Assembly: GCA_964019335.1 (NCBI GenBank) | Contig: OZ025753.1 | Location: 1-64,000, forward strand | Source: Diplonema japonicum | Lineage: Eukaryota; Protista; Euglenozoa: Diplonemea | Direction: 5' to 3' | Length of the DNA: 64,000 nt | Part shown: positions 12,146-22,646 of the stretch, piece by piece | How positions within the stretch are numbered: position 1 is the first letter of the stretch | Layout: the number at the start of each line of letters is the position of its first letter | Made by a program: the position numbers and the translations under genes | The notes under the pieces: model-generated | Told to the model about the DNA's origin: nothing | The model's database searches: none | What the model saw: the letters and a program-made list of their open reading frames with translations, nothing else

Positions 12146-13828
12146 ATGAGCGAACATCAATCAGAGCAATCAGCAAGCAAACCCGGCGCACCTCCAAGCG
12201 GTGCCCCTGGGACCGAGCAAAGCTCGGTGCAGACGCGCCGGGACGGGCAGGGCCCAAACTGGGCGGAGAGGGTGGGGAAGAAGGTGAGTGGCGGGACGGT
12301 GACGGTGCAGCGGCTGGTGGCGCCAAGGGAGGCGGCCAGCGGGAAAGGAGGGGAAAGGAAGAAGGCGCCGGTGAAGGGCGCAAAGGAGGAGGTCGCCTGC
12401 AGGGCCATCATGGCTGAGTGGGCGGCAGGAGACGAGGCATGGAAAGCGGCGAAGGAAGACCCGAGAAAGAGTGTGATGGCTTTTCTCGGCAAGGCGGGCC
12501 TGACGGGAGTGCACGTAGGGCCACACATGGAGAGGGAAGGCAAGAAGGGGGAATCTGTCATGGATTTCCTAATCTGGATGGCACCGGAACAGGAGGGGAC
12601 CGCGCTAGGGAACGAGGACGGTCCCTGGAAGATCGAGAGGAGGGAAAGGGGGGCCTTGTGGATGTCCACAAGGCAGCACTGGTTGGCACAAAACGTACTT
12701 GGGGCAGTGATGACACGGATCACCCCCTCGGCGACACTGACGCTGAACGGCAAGGGATGGGGCCTGCAGGTCAGCGAGAGAAGGGAGGAAGTGCAGGAGT
12801 ACCTCCTGAAGGAAGGCCTCGGGGTTGTCAGAAAGACCACCTACGACATCCGAGGTCTCCCGAAGGGCGCGGACACAACCACCATCGAGGAGGTTGTCAA
12901 AGAAGCAGGGTGGAAAGCGGTGGTCATCCGCACCATCCCGAAGCAGGGGGGCACAGTGGCTGTGTTGCAGGCGGAGGCACCCCCAAGTTTCGGGGAGATA
13001 AAATGGCAGGGAGGAACGGCGGAGGTGTGGGAGGCAGGGAAGCCGCCGCCGAAGGCAGTGCGAAAGCAGGAGGAGGAGAAGAGGACGGACCCCGCAGACC
13101 CGGAAGAGTACGCGGGGCGCACGTACACGAAGCGCCAGTTCCTGGCGCTATACGGGAAGACACACGGGCAGAAGGCGTGGGTCGAAGCTGGGAAGGTAGC
13201 ACCTGAGCAACAGCACCCGCAGCAAGAAAAACAACAGCAACAAGGAAAGCAGCACACGCGGGAACAACAACAGAAGGAGCAGCAGCAACTGCAAGGCCCT
13301 ACGAAAAAAGAAGAGATGCTCGAACAGGAGGTGGTAGCTCTCAGAAAGGAAGTGCAAGAACTGAAGGCAATGCTGGAGAAGCTCTCTGGGAAGCCAACAG
13401 AGAAGAAACGGAAGGTTGGAGGGAAGTCAACAAGGGAGACGACACCCCCCACACAATCGGCATCACGATCACCATCACCGAAGCCGAGGATGAGATCCCC
13501 GTCTGGGGTGAGGATGTCGGTGGAGCCCGAGGAACAGGCCACGGCAGGATACGCGGCGGAGACGACGACCTCGAGGGCCAAGACGAAGTCGAGGGCGTCG
13601 TCGAAGTCGAAGAGCCGGAGCCTAGCGAGGGACACCGAGCGAAGGCGGAGGGAGAGGGACACGGACAGGCACGCCCACATCTACCCAGACCGCGACGAGG
13701 GCGAGAAGAAGCAGGGGAGGTGGTGGTGCGACGGTTGCGAGAAGCAGCAGCCGAAGAAGCGGTACCAGCTTAGGTGCCAGGTTGACGGATGCAGCCGCAA
13801 GGTATGCCGCGCGTGCGTGAGGCGATGA
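12146..13828 (+). CDS. LINE ORF1 (gag-like): Q-rich coiled coil, RS-rich segment, C-terminal Cys cluster
   Basis: 560-aa ORF; LEQEVVALRKEVQELKAMLEKL coiled coil; WWCDGC..RCQVDGCSRKVCRAC. Confidence 0.8.
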   Translation: MSEHQSEQSASKPGAPPSGAPGTEQSSVQTRRDGQGPNWAERVGKKVSGGTVTVQRLVAPREAASGKGGERKKAPVKGAKEEVACRAIMAEWAAGDEAWKAAKEDPRKSVMAFLGKAGLTGVHVGPHMEREGKKGESVMDFLIWMAPEQEGTALGNEDGPWKIERRERGALWMSTRQHWLAQNVLGAVMTRITPSATLTLNGKGWGLQVSERREEVQEYLLKEGLGVVRKTTYDIRGLPKGADTTTIEEVVKEAGWKAVVIRTIPKQGGTVAVLQAEAPPSFGEIKWQGGTAEVWEAGKPPPKAVRKQEEEKRTDPADPEEYAGRTYTKRQFLALYGKTHGQKAWVEAGKVAPEQQHPQQEKQQQQGKQHTREQQQKEQQQLQGPTKKEEMLEQEVVALRKEVQELKAMLEKLSGKPTEKKRKVGGKSTRETTPPTQSASRSPSPKPRMRSPSGVRMSVEPEEQATAGYAAETTTSRAKTKSRASSKSKSRSLARDTERRRRERDTDRHAHIYPDRDEGEKKQGRWWCDGCEKQQPKKRYQLRCQVDGCSRKVCRACVRR

Positions 13829-13909
13829 AACGCAGGAGCATGGAGGGGCGGCGGGAGGACAGAGGGAACGGAGAGGCAACTCCTGCGAAGCACAGCCGAA
13901 CAGCTGCTC

Positions 13910-16900
13910 ATGAGATACATGCCAGTGGAAGGGGACGGAAATTGCCAGTTCGCTGCAATTGCTAGGGCGCGAGGAGCAGGGAACGCCAGCACAGTACGCG
14001 CACAGGCAGCAGAGTACATCGCGACGAACCCGGAGTTTTACAAAGAAGCAAGGAAACACTCCCTTTCTCTCAGAAGGATTGAGCATGACGGAGAGTGGGG
14101 GGACTACTACACCCTCGGAGCGGCAGGATGGGCAACCCAGACATGTATCTGGATCCTCCACAAAAAGAGAATGGTGCGAGCCACGAAGCCAGACGGGGCG
14201 AAGCAGACGATTATAGTTGCTTACGACTCCCAGCACTACGACGCTGTACTCGCGCCGCTACACATGATGGATTGGTTGGGCAAGACGGAGGCCACGGTAG
14301 TGCAGATGGAGGACCTGCTGAAGGTGGCACTTGGTACTCGGAACAAGAAGGCTACAGCACCTGGCCAGACTTCGACTCTACAACAACGGGGAAATCTACC
14401 CGGCCCTGAACGAAGGGGTGTCCTGACCACTGGGACGGGGGCGAGTCAGGGGCGCCATACCCCCTATGAGAAGGCTGGTAACCGCACACTTAAAGTCCTA
14501 AGTAGTGAGGGTGAACAAACAGGCAGTACCAAGAAGCCACCGACACAGGTTTTCCATCTCGCAACTGCAAATGTAGCGTCTCTGAGGAACAGGCTGGAAA
14601 GCGTCATGCAGCTCGACGTCGACGTGATCTGCCTACAAGAGACTGCACTTACGGCAGCAGGACAGAAAGAGGTGGCACACGCAATGAAATCCGCGACAGA
14701 GAAGAACAAGAAGCGAAAATACAGACCTATGTGGGCAGACCCGCAACAGGGAAGGATCAAGGAAGGTCTGATATCTATAGATATCGCAAGACGAGGAGGC
14801 CTGGCGACTTTTGTACGCGAGCCACGAACAGCTCTGGGAACATCACTCGAGAGGGATGACGCTAAGCAAGACATCAACAGTAGGTGGCAACACACAAGGG
14901 TCAGCATAGACGGGGAAAATATGTGGCTGCACATCATCACCGTGTACTGCCCAGCAGGGGAGGGAGAGGAACCAAGGAGGCAACGAGAACGACTCTTGCA
15001 GCACGTCCTCAGGAAGAAGGCGATGGAGCTCGGGAACGTCCCCGTGATTGTGGCAGGCGACCTCAACACGGACGAGAAAAGATCGTATGAGCTTCGTCAC
15101 GCGCTGATGAACGGATGGACTGATGCGGCAGGAGCATGCGCAGCGGGAAAAGGAGAAGACCCGATGCCAACCTTCACTCGGAAGAACTGTGCATCGAGGA
15201 TCGACTACATCCTCCTGAACGCTTTCGCAGCACAGGCGCTACAGGGCTGCAGAACAAGCAGGGATGTAAAGGGGGCGGACCATATGACTCTGACGGTAGA
15301 GCTGAGACTTGCGAGATTCCAGCAGACTGTGAAGAGATACATGATACCCCGAGAAATCCCAGGAGGCGTGGAACCAGCAGAAGAAGAGGGGAGTAAGGCA
15401 CTCCAGGAGAGCAATTTCAGGGAACACATGCGAAAAGACCCGGAGGCGGCGTACCTCGCGCTAGCTGAGGCGAGCGAGAAGATACTTCTGGGGGACGAGA
15501 CCGTCGGCACGGCACCTTATAGGGGCCGCGGCAAGGTGAGACAACCGCAACAGAGACAACTATGTGCACCAACAACAACTGGCTCGTGTGGGGCAGCGTC
15601 GATCATGCAAGTACGGCTGGAGAAAATGCGAGGCAGGCTGAGAGCCATTCAGACGCAGCTCAACATGTTGCAGAAAAGAGGAGGAGGGCAGCTCAGTAAG
15701 GTTACGGTGAACACAATCCACAACCTGAACGGGGAGCTCGAACACACGCGCGTGAAGTGCCTACCCATTGACCCGACGCAGGCCAACATCGAGGACATGG
15801 TGGCGGATGCAGAGATCATGTCAGAGGCGGTGGAGAGACGCGAACGGGAGATGGTGAAGGAACAGCGCACGGCAAGGCACAGGAGCTACCTTGACTCAGT
15901 CGAACAAGGAAAAGAGACGAAGGAGCTCGTGGACAGCGCGAAAGGAATCGAGGACAAGCGGGGGACAGCAACTGTGGAGATGGAAAAGGACACGATTGCA
16001 AACCCGCAGGAATTGGACAGGACAATGAGGGAACATTGGGAACATGTCTTTGCGAAATACAGAGACAAGCCCCAGCCCGCGTACGCAACATTCGAGAAGG
16101 AGTACGGTGCGTACATCGAAAAAAGAGACATGGTGTGGACACCGATCACTGGGATACGCCTGAAGCAGGTGCTGAAGAAAAAGACGGCCAGAAGCGCAGC
16201 GGGGGTAGACGGCTGGCGGATGGCAGAGCTACGAAGGCTACCAGTATCCATATTGGACGCATGGGCTGTTTTCCTCAATGAGGTAGAGGAGACAGGAAAA
16301 TGGCCGGAGTCGGCGTTGACAGCTCTGGTGACCCTTATCCCGAAGACCAAGAACGCAGGACCACTCGAGCATCGGCCCATAACAGTCACGTCGGCAGTGT
16401 ACAGATTATGGGCGTGCACAAGGCTTGGTGATATTCTCGAATGGCAAGAATCCTGGATCCACAAAACTCAACACGGGTTTAGGGCCAGACATGGGACAGA
16501 GGACGTTCTCATGGACATCTGCACCAGGATAGAGGAAGCAGCGATGGACAAGACACCGTTGTTGGGTGTCGCACTAGACTTCGCCAAGTGTTTTGACACA
16601 GTTCCACAACAACTGGTGCTGAAGCTGATGGAACGGATGGGAATGGACAAAGGTATCCTGAGAGCGTTAGAAGGGATGTACAAGGGTCTCAGAAGGAGAT
16701 TCAGATACGCGACAGGAGTAGGCGAGGAGTTCACAACCACAAACGGAATCCTGCAAGGGTGCCCGATCTCCATCATCATGATCAACGCTCTACTAGCGGT
16801 CTTGATGAGGAGTGTGGAGGAACGAACGGGAGCGGAGACTCTGTCGTATGCGGACGACGCATACCTGTTGGCGAAACTAGCAGAAGTACTACAAAAAGCC

Positions 16901-18715
16901 ACGGACAGTGCATCCGCATTCTGCGACATAGTTGGCATGGAGCTCAACACGAAGAAGTCCGAAGTGTTCGCAGCAGGAGCGAAGGCACCAGGGATAGAGG
17001 TAGCAGGAAGGCAGCTGCGGTCCACGAACAAGATCAAGATCCTGGGGGCGAGGATACGCACGGATGGTCAGACGCAGACGGACAACACCAGGGCCAGGGC
17101 GGCGGGCGACACGCTACGGAGGCTCGCGACCACTCAGCTCTCTTTCTGGCAGAAAGCGGAAGTCCTGCGAACAACGGTGCTACCCAGCTGTCTGTATGAT
17201 GTTGCATTCGCGCCGCCGTCGGAAGGATACCTCAAATCGCTCACATCAACCGCGACATACGCCTTGTGGGGACCGAGGTACAGAACAAGATCACCAGCGG
17301 CGGTGCTGTCAAACCTGTTCAGCGGACACACACACGACCCAGAGGTAGCAGCGCCCTACAGAGCACTAGCAGCCATATACAGAACGAGACGAAAATTGGG
17401 AGAGGTGTGGGAGCGGTGCCAGAGACTTGCCAAAGGGTACCAAGACCCGACAAGAACGACACCTTTGGGCCCGATAGGCAACGCGATGAAGCGGTGGCTC
17501 CCGAAGATCAGCACAAACTGGGGGCAGTTCACCGAAATGCTAGCTGAGAACAAGGACAAATTCGCACATGTAGTGCGAGAAAAGCTAAGGTCGGGACGTG
17601 CGGAACACATACAGGACAGAAGACGCTCGATGGAGGGGTTAGACCGGGGCGCAGACCCACGCACGAACGACCTGTGGCGAGAGCTGATGAGACTCGGACC
17701 ACAAGGAGCAATGGCAGCGAGAGACCTCCGGAGGATCGTGGCGGGAGGGGTTTTCTACACCCACCCAAAGGCGTGGTACCAGGACAAAATCACCAGACGG
17801 GTACCACCCCCAGAGGGCGAGCAGAGCGAAAGCGAGGACAGCTCGGAAGAGGAAGGGGACGAGACACACGAGCGTGTGAACAAGAGACCAACAACAGACG
17901 AAGTCACATGCGACGCGTGCGGTGCGGAGGAGGACGAGAGCAACATGCTGCGACACGCATTATGGGAATGCAGTGTGGCGAAGGAGGTGCAACAGAAGGA
18001 AGTACATGCAGAAGTAGTGGCCAGCAAGACGGAAATGCCAATCTGCATGCAGCAACACCGGCTGAGGAAGACGCAATACTACCTGCTGGAAGTGGTGGCA
18101 AAACGGGACCAGCTTCTCCAGGACAAGAGAAAGCTAGAAACGTACACGACGCACCCCTGGGAACAGATAACGGAAGGAAACGCTCATGCGCCACCTGAAT
18201 GGAAGGAGCTGAGGAAGCATGTGAGCGGGAGCCTGATGATGAAGCACGGTGAAGACATCGTCAAGTGGCTCAAAAAGCTGAAGTGGTACGATGGACCGAG
18301 GAAGACGACAGTCACCACAATGGAACTCGTACTAGACTTCGAGAACACGCTGGGCGTCGAGCCGATCACGGGGAAGAAGGGTGATCTAGACATGATACAG
18401 AAGAAAGCGCGGAGTTTCCACGGCCTCCTGGAAAGAATCCAAGAGGGGTGGGACACAGCACGCATACAGAAGAAGGTCAGAGGCAAGCGGATCTTCCCAG
18501 CGGAGAGCCAGAAGAACCACGCGCTTAGAACCATAGGTGCGAAGAAGAGTCTGGGATGGAACAGAAGGCCAGTTTTTGCATCAGAGAAAACCAAGAAGGA
18601 CCTTAAGAAACTGGGCAGAAAGTGGCAAGAAGAAAGGGAGGATACTTTGAGGAAGGCAACACAGCCAAAAAAGAAAGAAAGGCCGAGGCCCCAGAAGGGA
18701 GAAAGGGGTAGATAA
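13910..18715 (+). CDS. LINE ORF2: OTU-like cysteine protease + AP endonuclease + reverse transcriptase + C-terminal Zn motif
   Basis: OTU: GDGNCQF..WGD..HYDAV. APE: TANVASL, ICLQET, GDLNT, SRIDYIL, ADH. RT: HRPITV, QHGFR, LDFAKCFD, LQGCPIS, SYADD. Zn motif: CDAC..HALWEC. Confidence 0.93.
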   Translation: MRYMPVEGDGNCQFAAIARARGAGNASTVRAQAAEYIATNPEFYKEARKHSLSLRRIEHDGEWGDYYTLGAAGWATQTCIWILHKKRMVRATKPDGAKQTIIVAYDSQHYDAVLAPLHMMDWLGKTEATVVQMEDLLKVALGTRNKKATAPGQTSTLQQRGNLPGPERRGVLTTGTGASQGRHTPYEKAGNRTLKVLSSEGEQTGSTKKPPTQVFHLATANVASLRNRLESVMQLDVDVICLQETALTAAGQKEVAHAMKSATEKNKKRKYRPMWADPQQGRIKEGLISIDIARRGGLATFVREPRTALGTSLERDDAKQDINSRWQHTRVSIDGENMWLHIITVYCPAGEGEEPRRQRERLLQHVLRKKAMELGNVPVIVAGDLNTDEKRSYELRHALMNGWTDAAGACAAGKGEDPMPTFTRKNCASRIDYILLNAFAAQALQGCRTSRDVKGADHMTLTVELRLARFQQTVKRYMIPREIPGGVEPAEEEGSKALQESNFREHMRKDPEAAYLALAEASEKILLGDETVGTAPYRGRGKVRQPQQRQLCAPTTTGSCGAASIMQVRLEKMRGRLRAIQTQLNMLQKRGGGQLSKVTVNTIHNLNGELEHTRVKCLPIDPTQANIEDMVADAEIMSEAVERREREMVKEQRTARHRSYLDSVEQGKETKELVDSAKGIEDKRGTATVEMEKDTIANPQELDRTMREHWEHVFAKYRDKPQPAYATFEKEYGAYIEKRDMVWTPITGIRLKQVLKKKTARSAAGVDGWRMAELRRLPVSILDAWAVFLNEVEETGKWPESALTALVTLIPKTKNAGPLEHRPITVTSAVYRLWACTRLGDILEWQESWIHKTQHGFRARHGTEDVLMDICTRIEEAAMDKTPLLGVALDFAKCFDTVPQQLVLKLMERMGMDKGILRALEGMYKGLRRRFRYATGVGEEFTTTNGILQGCPISIIMINALLAVLMRSVEERTGAETLSYADDAYLLAKLAEVLQKATDSASAFCDIVGMELNTKKSEVFAAGAKAPGIEVAGRQLRSTNKIKILGARIRTDGQTQTDNTRARAAGDTLRRLATTQLSFWQKAEVLRTTVLPSCLYDVAFAPPSEGYLKSLTSTATYALWGPRYRTRSPAAVLSNLFSGHTHDPEVAAPYRALAAIYRTRRKLGEVWERCQRLAKGYQDPTRTTPLGPIGNAMKRWLPKISTNWGQFTEMLAENKDKFAHVVREKLRSGRAEHIQDRRRSMEGLDRGADPRTNDLWRELMRLGPQGAMAARDLRRIVAGGVFYTHPKAWYQDKITRRVPPPEGEQSESEDSSEEEGDETHERVNKRPTTDEVTCDACGAEEDESNMLRHALWECSVAKEVQQKEVHAEVVASKTEMPICMQQHRLRKTQYYLLEVVAKRDQLLQDKRKLETYTTHPWEQITEGNAHAPPEWKELRKHVSGSLMMKHGEDIVKWLKKLKWYDGPRKTTVTTMELVLDFENTLGVEPITGKKGDLDMIQKKARSFHGLLERIQEGWDTARIQKKVRGKRIFPAESQKNHALRTIGAKKSLGWNRRPVFASEKTKKDLKKLGRKWQEEREDTLRKATQPKKKERPRPQKGERGR

Positions 18716-18850
18716 GTAGAGACAAGGGGGACGTTCCAAAACAGGAACCTCCTTTATCTCATCTCTTTTATTTCACTCTTCGTCATTTGAGTCACTCACT
18801 CTTCACTGATTTCACTGCTGTTTTTTTTCCCGGCCGGGGAATATTTTCCA

Positions 18851-19160
18851 GGTGGTGGGGATAACATGAAAATATAAGAAAAACATCAGATGTGTTGTTC
18901 GCTGTTGACCTCCTCGTCGGTCAACCAAGAACATAATGCAGATGCTCAGGGTGACGAACAGGCAGCAAACTGCACGAGCGCAGAATCTTGGTTACCCGGG
19001 ACGCACCGGCTGGGGTTGAGCTGTACACCGCACGCATTAAGGACACGACGCGGAACGCAGAAGAAGCTACAACTCGGCCGCGGCGCGCCCCCTGTAATCA
19101 AGTAGACAGTTCTTGTGCAGGGCGCCGCCAACACCGGCCTCCTTTATCATATATATTTTT
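18851..19160 (+). mobile_element. SINE-like element with a LINE-type 3' hairpin and cctcctttatc(at)n tail
   Basis: Homologous to 555-735, 44134-44360 and 54094-54320; 3' end parallels 18713-18765. Confidence 0.65.
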
Positions 19161-19529
19161 TTCACGCAGGTCAGCCTTTTTGGGGATTTTCCTAAGGTAA
19201 TATGGGGTTGCTATTTCGCCGTGGCATTTAAAGGGGGAGTAAGGCACTTAATGGCCTCAGATGGCCAAAAATAGTCAAAATGCCCCGTCCCCAAAAAGAA
19301 TTTTCAAGGGGTTGGGTACATTTTTTTCCACGACAAGACCCATTTTTTTCACTCTGAAGCCCCATAAGTACTAGTTAAATTATGGCGATTTCGCGTTAAA
19401 TTATGAGGCCCCTAGTGAGTGAAGAAAATGACGAAGAGTGAAATAAAAAAAAAAAAGAAAATAATTAAAACAATCTACTACATCGTGCGTTTTTTTACGA
19501 TTCTTTTTCTCCCACCCATCCTTTTTTTA

Positions 19530-19965
19530 TCGGAAGTGACGGCGGTGGAGTTAGCCCTAGACTTCGAAGAGACGACACGAAGATCGCTGGGAATGACGCA
19601 GGATGAAAAGGCGCGAAGGATCAAGAAACTGATCCAAAAGGTGAACGACAGGTGCGCATTACAAGGAAGGAAAAGGCCTTTCCCGGCGAAGAACAAAACG
19701 AGAGTGAAGTCCCTCATGGCAATAGGAGGGAAGGCGGCGATAGGCTTTGCAAGGAGACCGATCTTCGCCTCACGAGAAACCCAGGACAGGCTAAGAGAGC
19801 TGAAGACCAACCTGAAGAAGGACCGCATCAACCGTCTGCGAAAGACACTGGTATCCGCCATCGGAACGAAAGCGAGGCTCCAAAAAGGAAGCATCAAGAG
19901 ATAGACCCCCACCCCCCCTAAGGGTGGTCCTCGAGTGGGATTTGCCCTTAAACATCGCCTATTTT
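19530..19965 (+). mobile_element. 5'-truncated LINE (ORF2 C-terminus) of the same group
   Basis: VTAVELALDFE..FPAK..RRPIFAS..QKGSIKR* aligns with VTTMELVLDFE..FPAE..RRPVFAS..QKGERGR* of 13910-18715. Confidence 0.8.
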
Positions 19966-21486
19966 TTTTTTCCTCTGCAAAAAAAAAAGAAAAGTTTCTT
20001 TTTCTTTTTAAAACATGTTGAAAGACACCTTTTTATATTTACTTATAAAATACATGATCTCCCCCCCCGCCCTAAAGAGGACAGGGGACGTTTCATTGAA
20101 ATAGCGATTTTTACGTTAAAAATAGTTATTTTCTTTTTGCCAACAACACTATTTGCTGGCAAAAAAAAAAATAGCTATTTCTTCAATCTTTCTCAAAAAG
20201 CACCCAATGGGGAAAAGGTGGGGTAAAACTTAAGAGAAAAAGGAAGGAGAAAAGAAAAAAAAGAAAGAAAAAAAAAAAGAAGAAATCTTTTTTTTTTTTT
20301 TAAATTTTCTTTTTAATTTTCTTTTTTTTAGAATTTTTTTTTACCCTTTTCATTTTTCTTCACTCATGATTCTGGTGAAGTACAATGGCCCAAAAGCAGA
20401 GCAAGGGGTAAAAAATATTTTTTAAAAAAAAGGAAAAAAAAAAAAAAAAAAAAAGAAAAAGAGGAAAATAAAAAACTCACTTACCTCCAAATGAGCCATA
20501 ATTTTAAACCCTCATTTACTGGTCTCTTTTCTCCCGGGGGCCCTCCTGCAGAAAGATTCGGAGAAATCGATAAATTACGAACTCAAATTGGATGGTGAAC
20601 ACTAGATGTTTTTTTTTTTTTTTTTTTTCTCTCTCTCTCTTTTCTGTCTCTCAGTTCCCTTCAAAATTCCGCACATAGGGCGGGAGTATAATAAACAATC
20701 TTTTAATCTTTTTGTGTAGTTATTGAAAATACTGACCTCTTCCCCCCCCCATCATTTTTTTCTAAATGTCTCTTTTTTTTTTTTTTTTTTTTCTTTTTTT
20801 TTTCTCCCAAATGAAGCGTAAAACTGGAGCTTTTTTTTCAACTAACAGACAAGTCTTTTTTTTAACTTTTTTTTTTGTCAAAAAAAAAAAAGGGAAAAGG
20901 GGCTTTGGCAACTCACCGCACTCAGGTAATTCTGTAAATTCTGTCCAGTTTTTTTGAGCTTCAAGCAACCACACCATAAAGAACCCCTTGGAATATGGGT
21001 TTTTTTTTTTTTTTTTTTTTAAGAAGTGATTTATTACTATTTGCAACTAGTGCCGGGAAAAGTAACTTTTTTTAAAGTCTTTTTTGTGTGAACTTGTCGT
21101 ACGAACAACATTTTCTTCCCTCCTCCCTTTTTCCCCCCCCCCCCTTTCCATCGTAGCATCAAAGGCTTCTTCTTTAGGGGAAAAGAAAATACAAAAAAAA
21201 ATATATATATATATCTCATGCTTTGGTTGAACCCACACATCATGGACAAGCTAGAGAAAAGAAAAAAAAAGAAAATAAAAAAAGGAATAGAACTTTCCTA
21301 CCCCCCCCCCCCCATTACCATGTGATAATCCCCCCCGCACCATTTCCTTTGTTTTAGGTAAGTTAGAGGAGTGCAATCCTCACCTCTCCTTCTAACATTT
21401 TCTTTTTTTTTTCTCCTCTTTTTTTTCTTTTTTTCTTTTTTTTTCCTCCCCCCCCTCCCTTTTTTCAAAAAAGGCTTTTTATATAT

Positions 21487-22515
21487 GAGCACGTCCGGAC
21501 GAAAATGTCAACACTTTTTTGGGCACCTCCGAAAATTTCTTGTTTTGATATTTGAGCAAAAAAAGGGCAGCATGCAACCATAGGAAGATGACATATATGG
21601 TGTACCTGACGCCGTTCTTTCAATTGCGATGCTTGTTTTGCCATGAGGGTGGCAGGCTTTGCAACCGGCTGCCCCCGGGAAGAGAAAAATAGAGGTCAAA
21701 AAAACGGCGGAAAATGTTTAAAATGCAATTTTATTGCTTAAAATGCAGCATCTAGGGTGCATAAAATTGGTGTTCAAGCGCACTTGTGACCCCTGGGTAC
21801 AACCCAGGGTCGGGTTACTGTTAAAAGTACTTAGCGAAAAATATATGGCGCCGCATAGCCCCCGAAAATCCGGTTTTTTACACCCTATTTTTTGGCTTTT
21901 TCAAGGGGTTCCTAAGGGATTTTGGTCTTTTTCAGAAAAACCAATTCTTAACACTTGCCTGCTCATGCAGAGCTTCGACATTGGTATCTTTGGGGTCAAA
22001 CTTTCATTCTCTACATCTGCTGAGGTTTTTCCTTTTCTTTTGCACTCATAATACTTTGAAAGTGAAATTTCTGCTTTTTTAAGGGGTTTTAAAGGGATTT
22101 TTAGCCTTAAATAGGCCAAAATGGCACTTCAAGGGTAACTTCTCCCATCCCCATTTTAATTGTGATTTAGAGTCCAGCCCACCCAAAATGACCCCAAAGG
22201 TTTCACAGATTTTCAATCTGCGTCCATTCCTCCTGTCGCTTTTCACGGAAAAACGAAAATAAAAAATGGAGTCTGGGTTATTTGTAACTTCCAAATTGAA
22301 TCGTTTGCCAAAAACCATTCTAAAAAAACATGTTTTTGCACGTGCGTTTTAAAAATAAAACAAACGGCGAGCATTTTGACCTATATGGTGTTCAAGCTTA
22401 GACTGCATTTCTGCACACAAAGTGGTGTCGGACTACTTTTCTACTTAGAAATTTAACAGGGGTTTTCTGCCGCGTAGGAGGGTCATTTGTTGACATTTTT
22501 TTTCCGGACGAGCTT
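21487..22515. mobile_element. Non-autonomous TIR DNA transposon
   Basis: ~27-bp imperfect TIRs gagcacgtccggacgaaaatgtcaaca / tgttgacattttttttccggacgagctt, flanked by ATATAT on both sides; left end recurs inverted at 28866-28990. Confidence 0.65.
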
Positions 22516-22610
22516 ATATATTTTTTTTGTTTCTTTTTTTCGTGTTTTTTTTTTTGTTCAATTTTCCAGGGGGAGGGGGGGGGGGGGGGGGGGGAAGTAA
22601 AGTTTTAAGG

Positions 22611-22641
<31 letters not shown>

Positions 22642-22646
22642 AAACC

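Larger units (their letters stand above)
12129..18765 (+). mobile_element. Near full-length non-LTR retrotransposon (OTU-APE-RT LINE)
   Basis: 11-bp TSD TTTTATTTCAC (12118-12128 and 18766-18776); two long ORFs; 3' hairpin GTTCC-AAAACA-GGAAC followed by an (ATCTC)2 tail. Confidence 0.93.
11977..19446 (+). mobile_element. Long-hairpin element interrupted by a LINE (12129-18765) and a SINE (~18851-19160)
   Basis: Pieces 11977-12128, 18766-18808 and 19208-19446 reassemble into the reverse complement of 745-1165. Confidence 0.75.

Noticed and set aside
13825-13828. ATGA stop/start overlap as the ORF2 initiation site
   Set aside because: The ATG at 13825 is in a different frame from ORF2.
12157-18594. 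Numerous antisense ORFs across the LINEs and PLEs
   Set aside because: Expected shadows of long GC-rich coding frames; no independent motifs.
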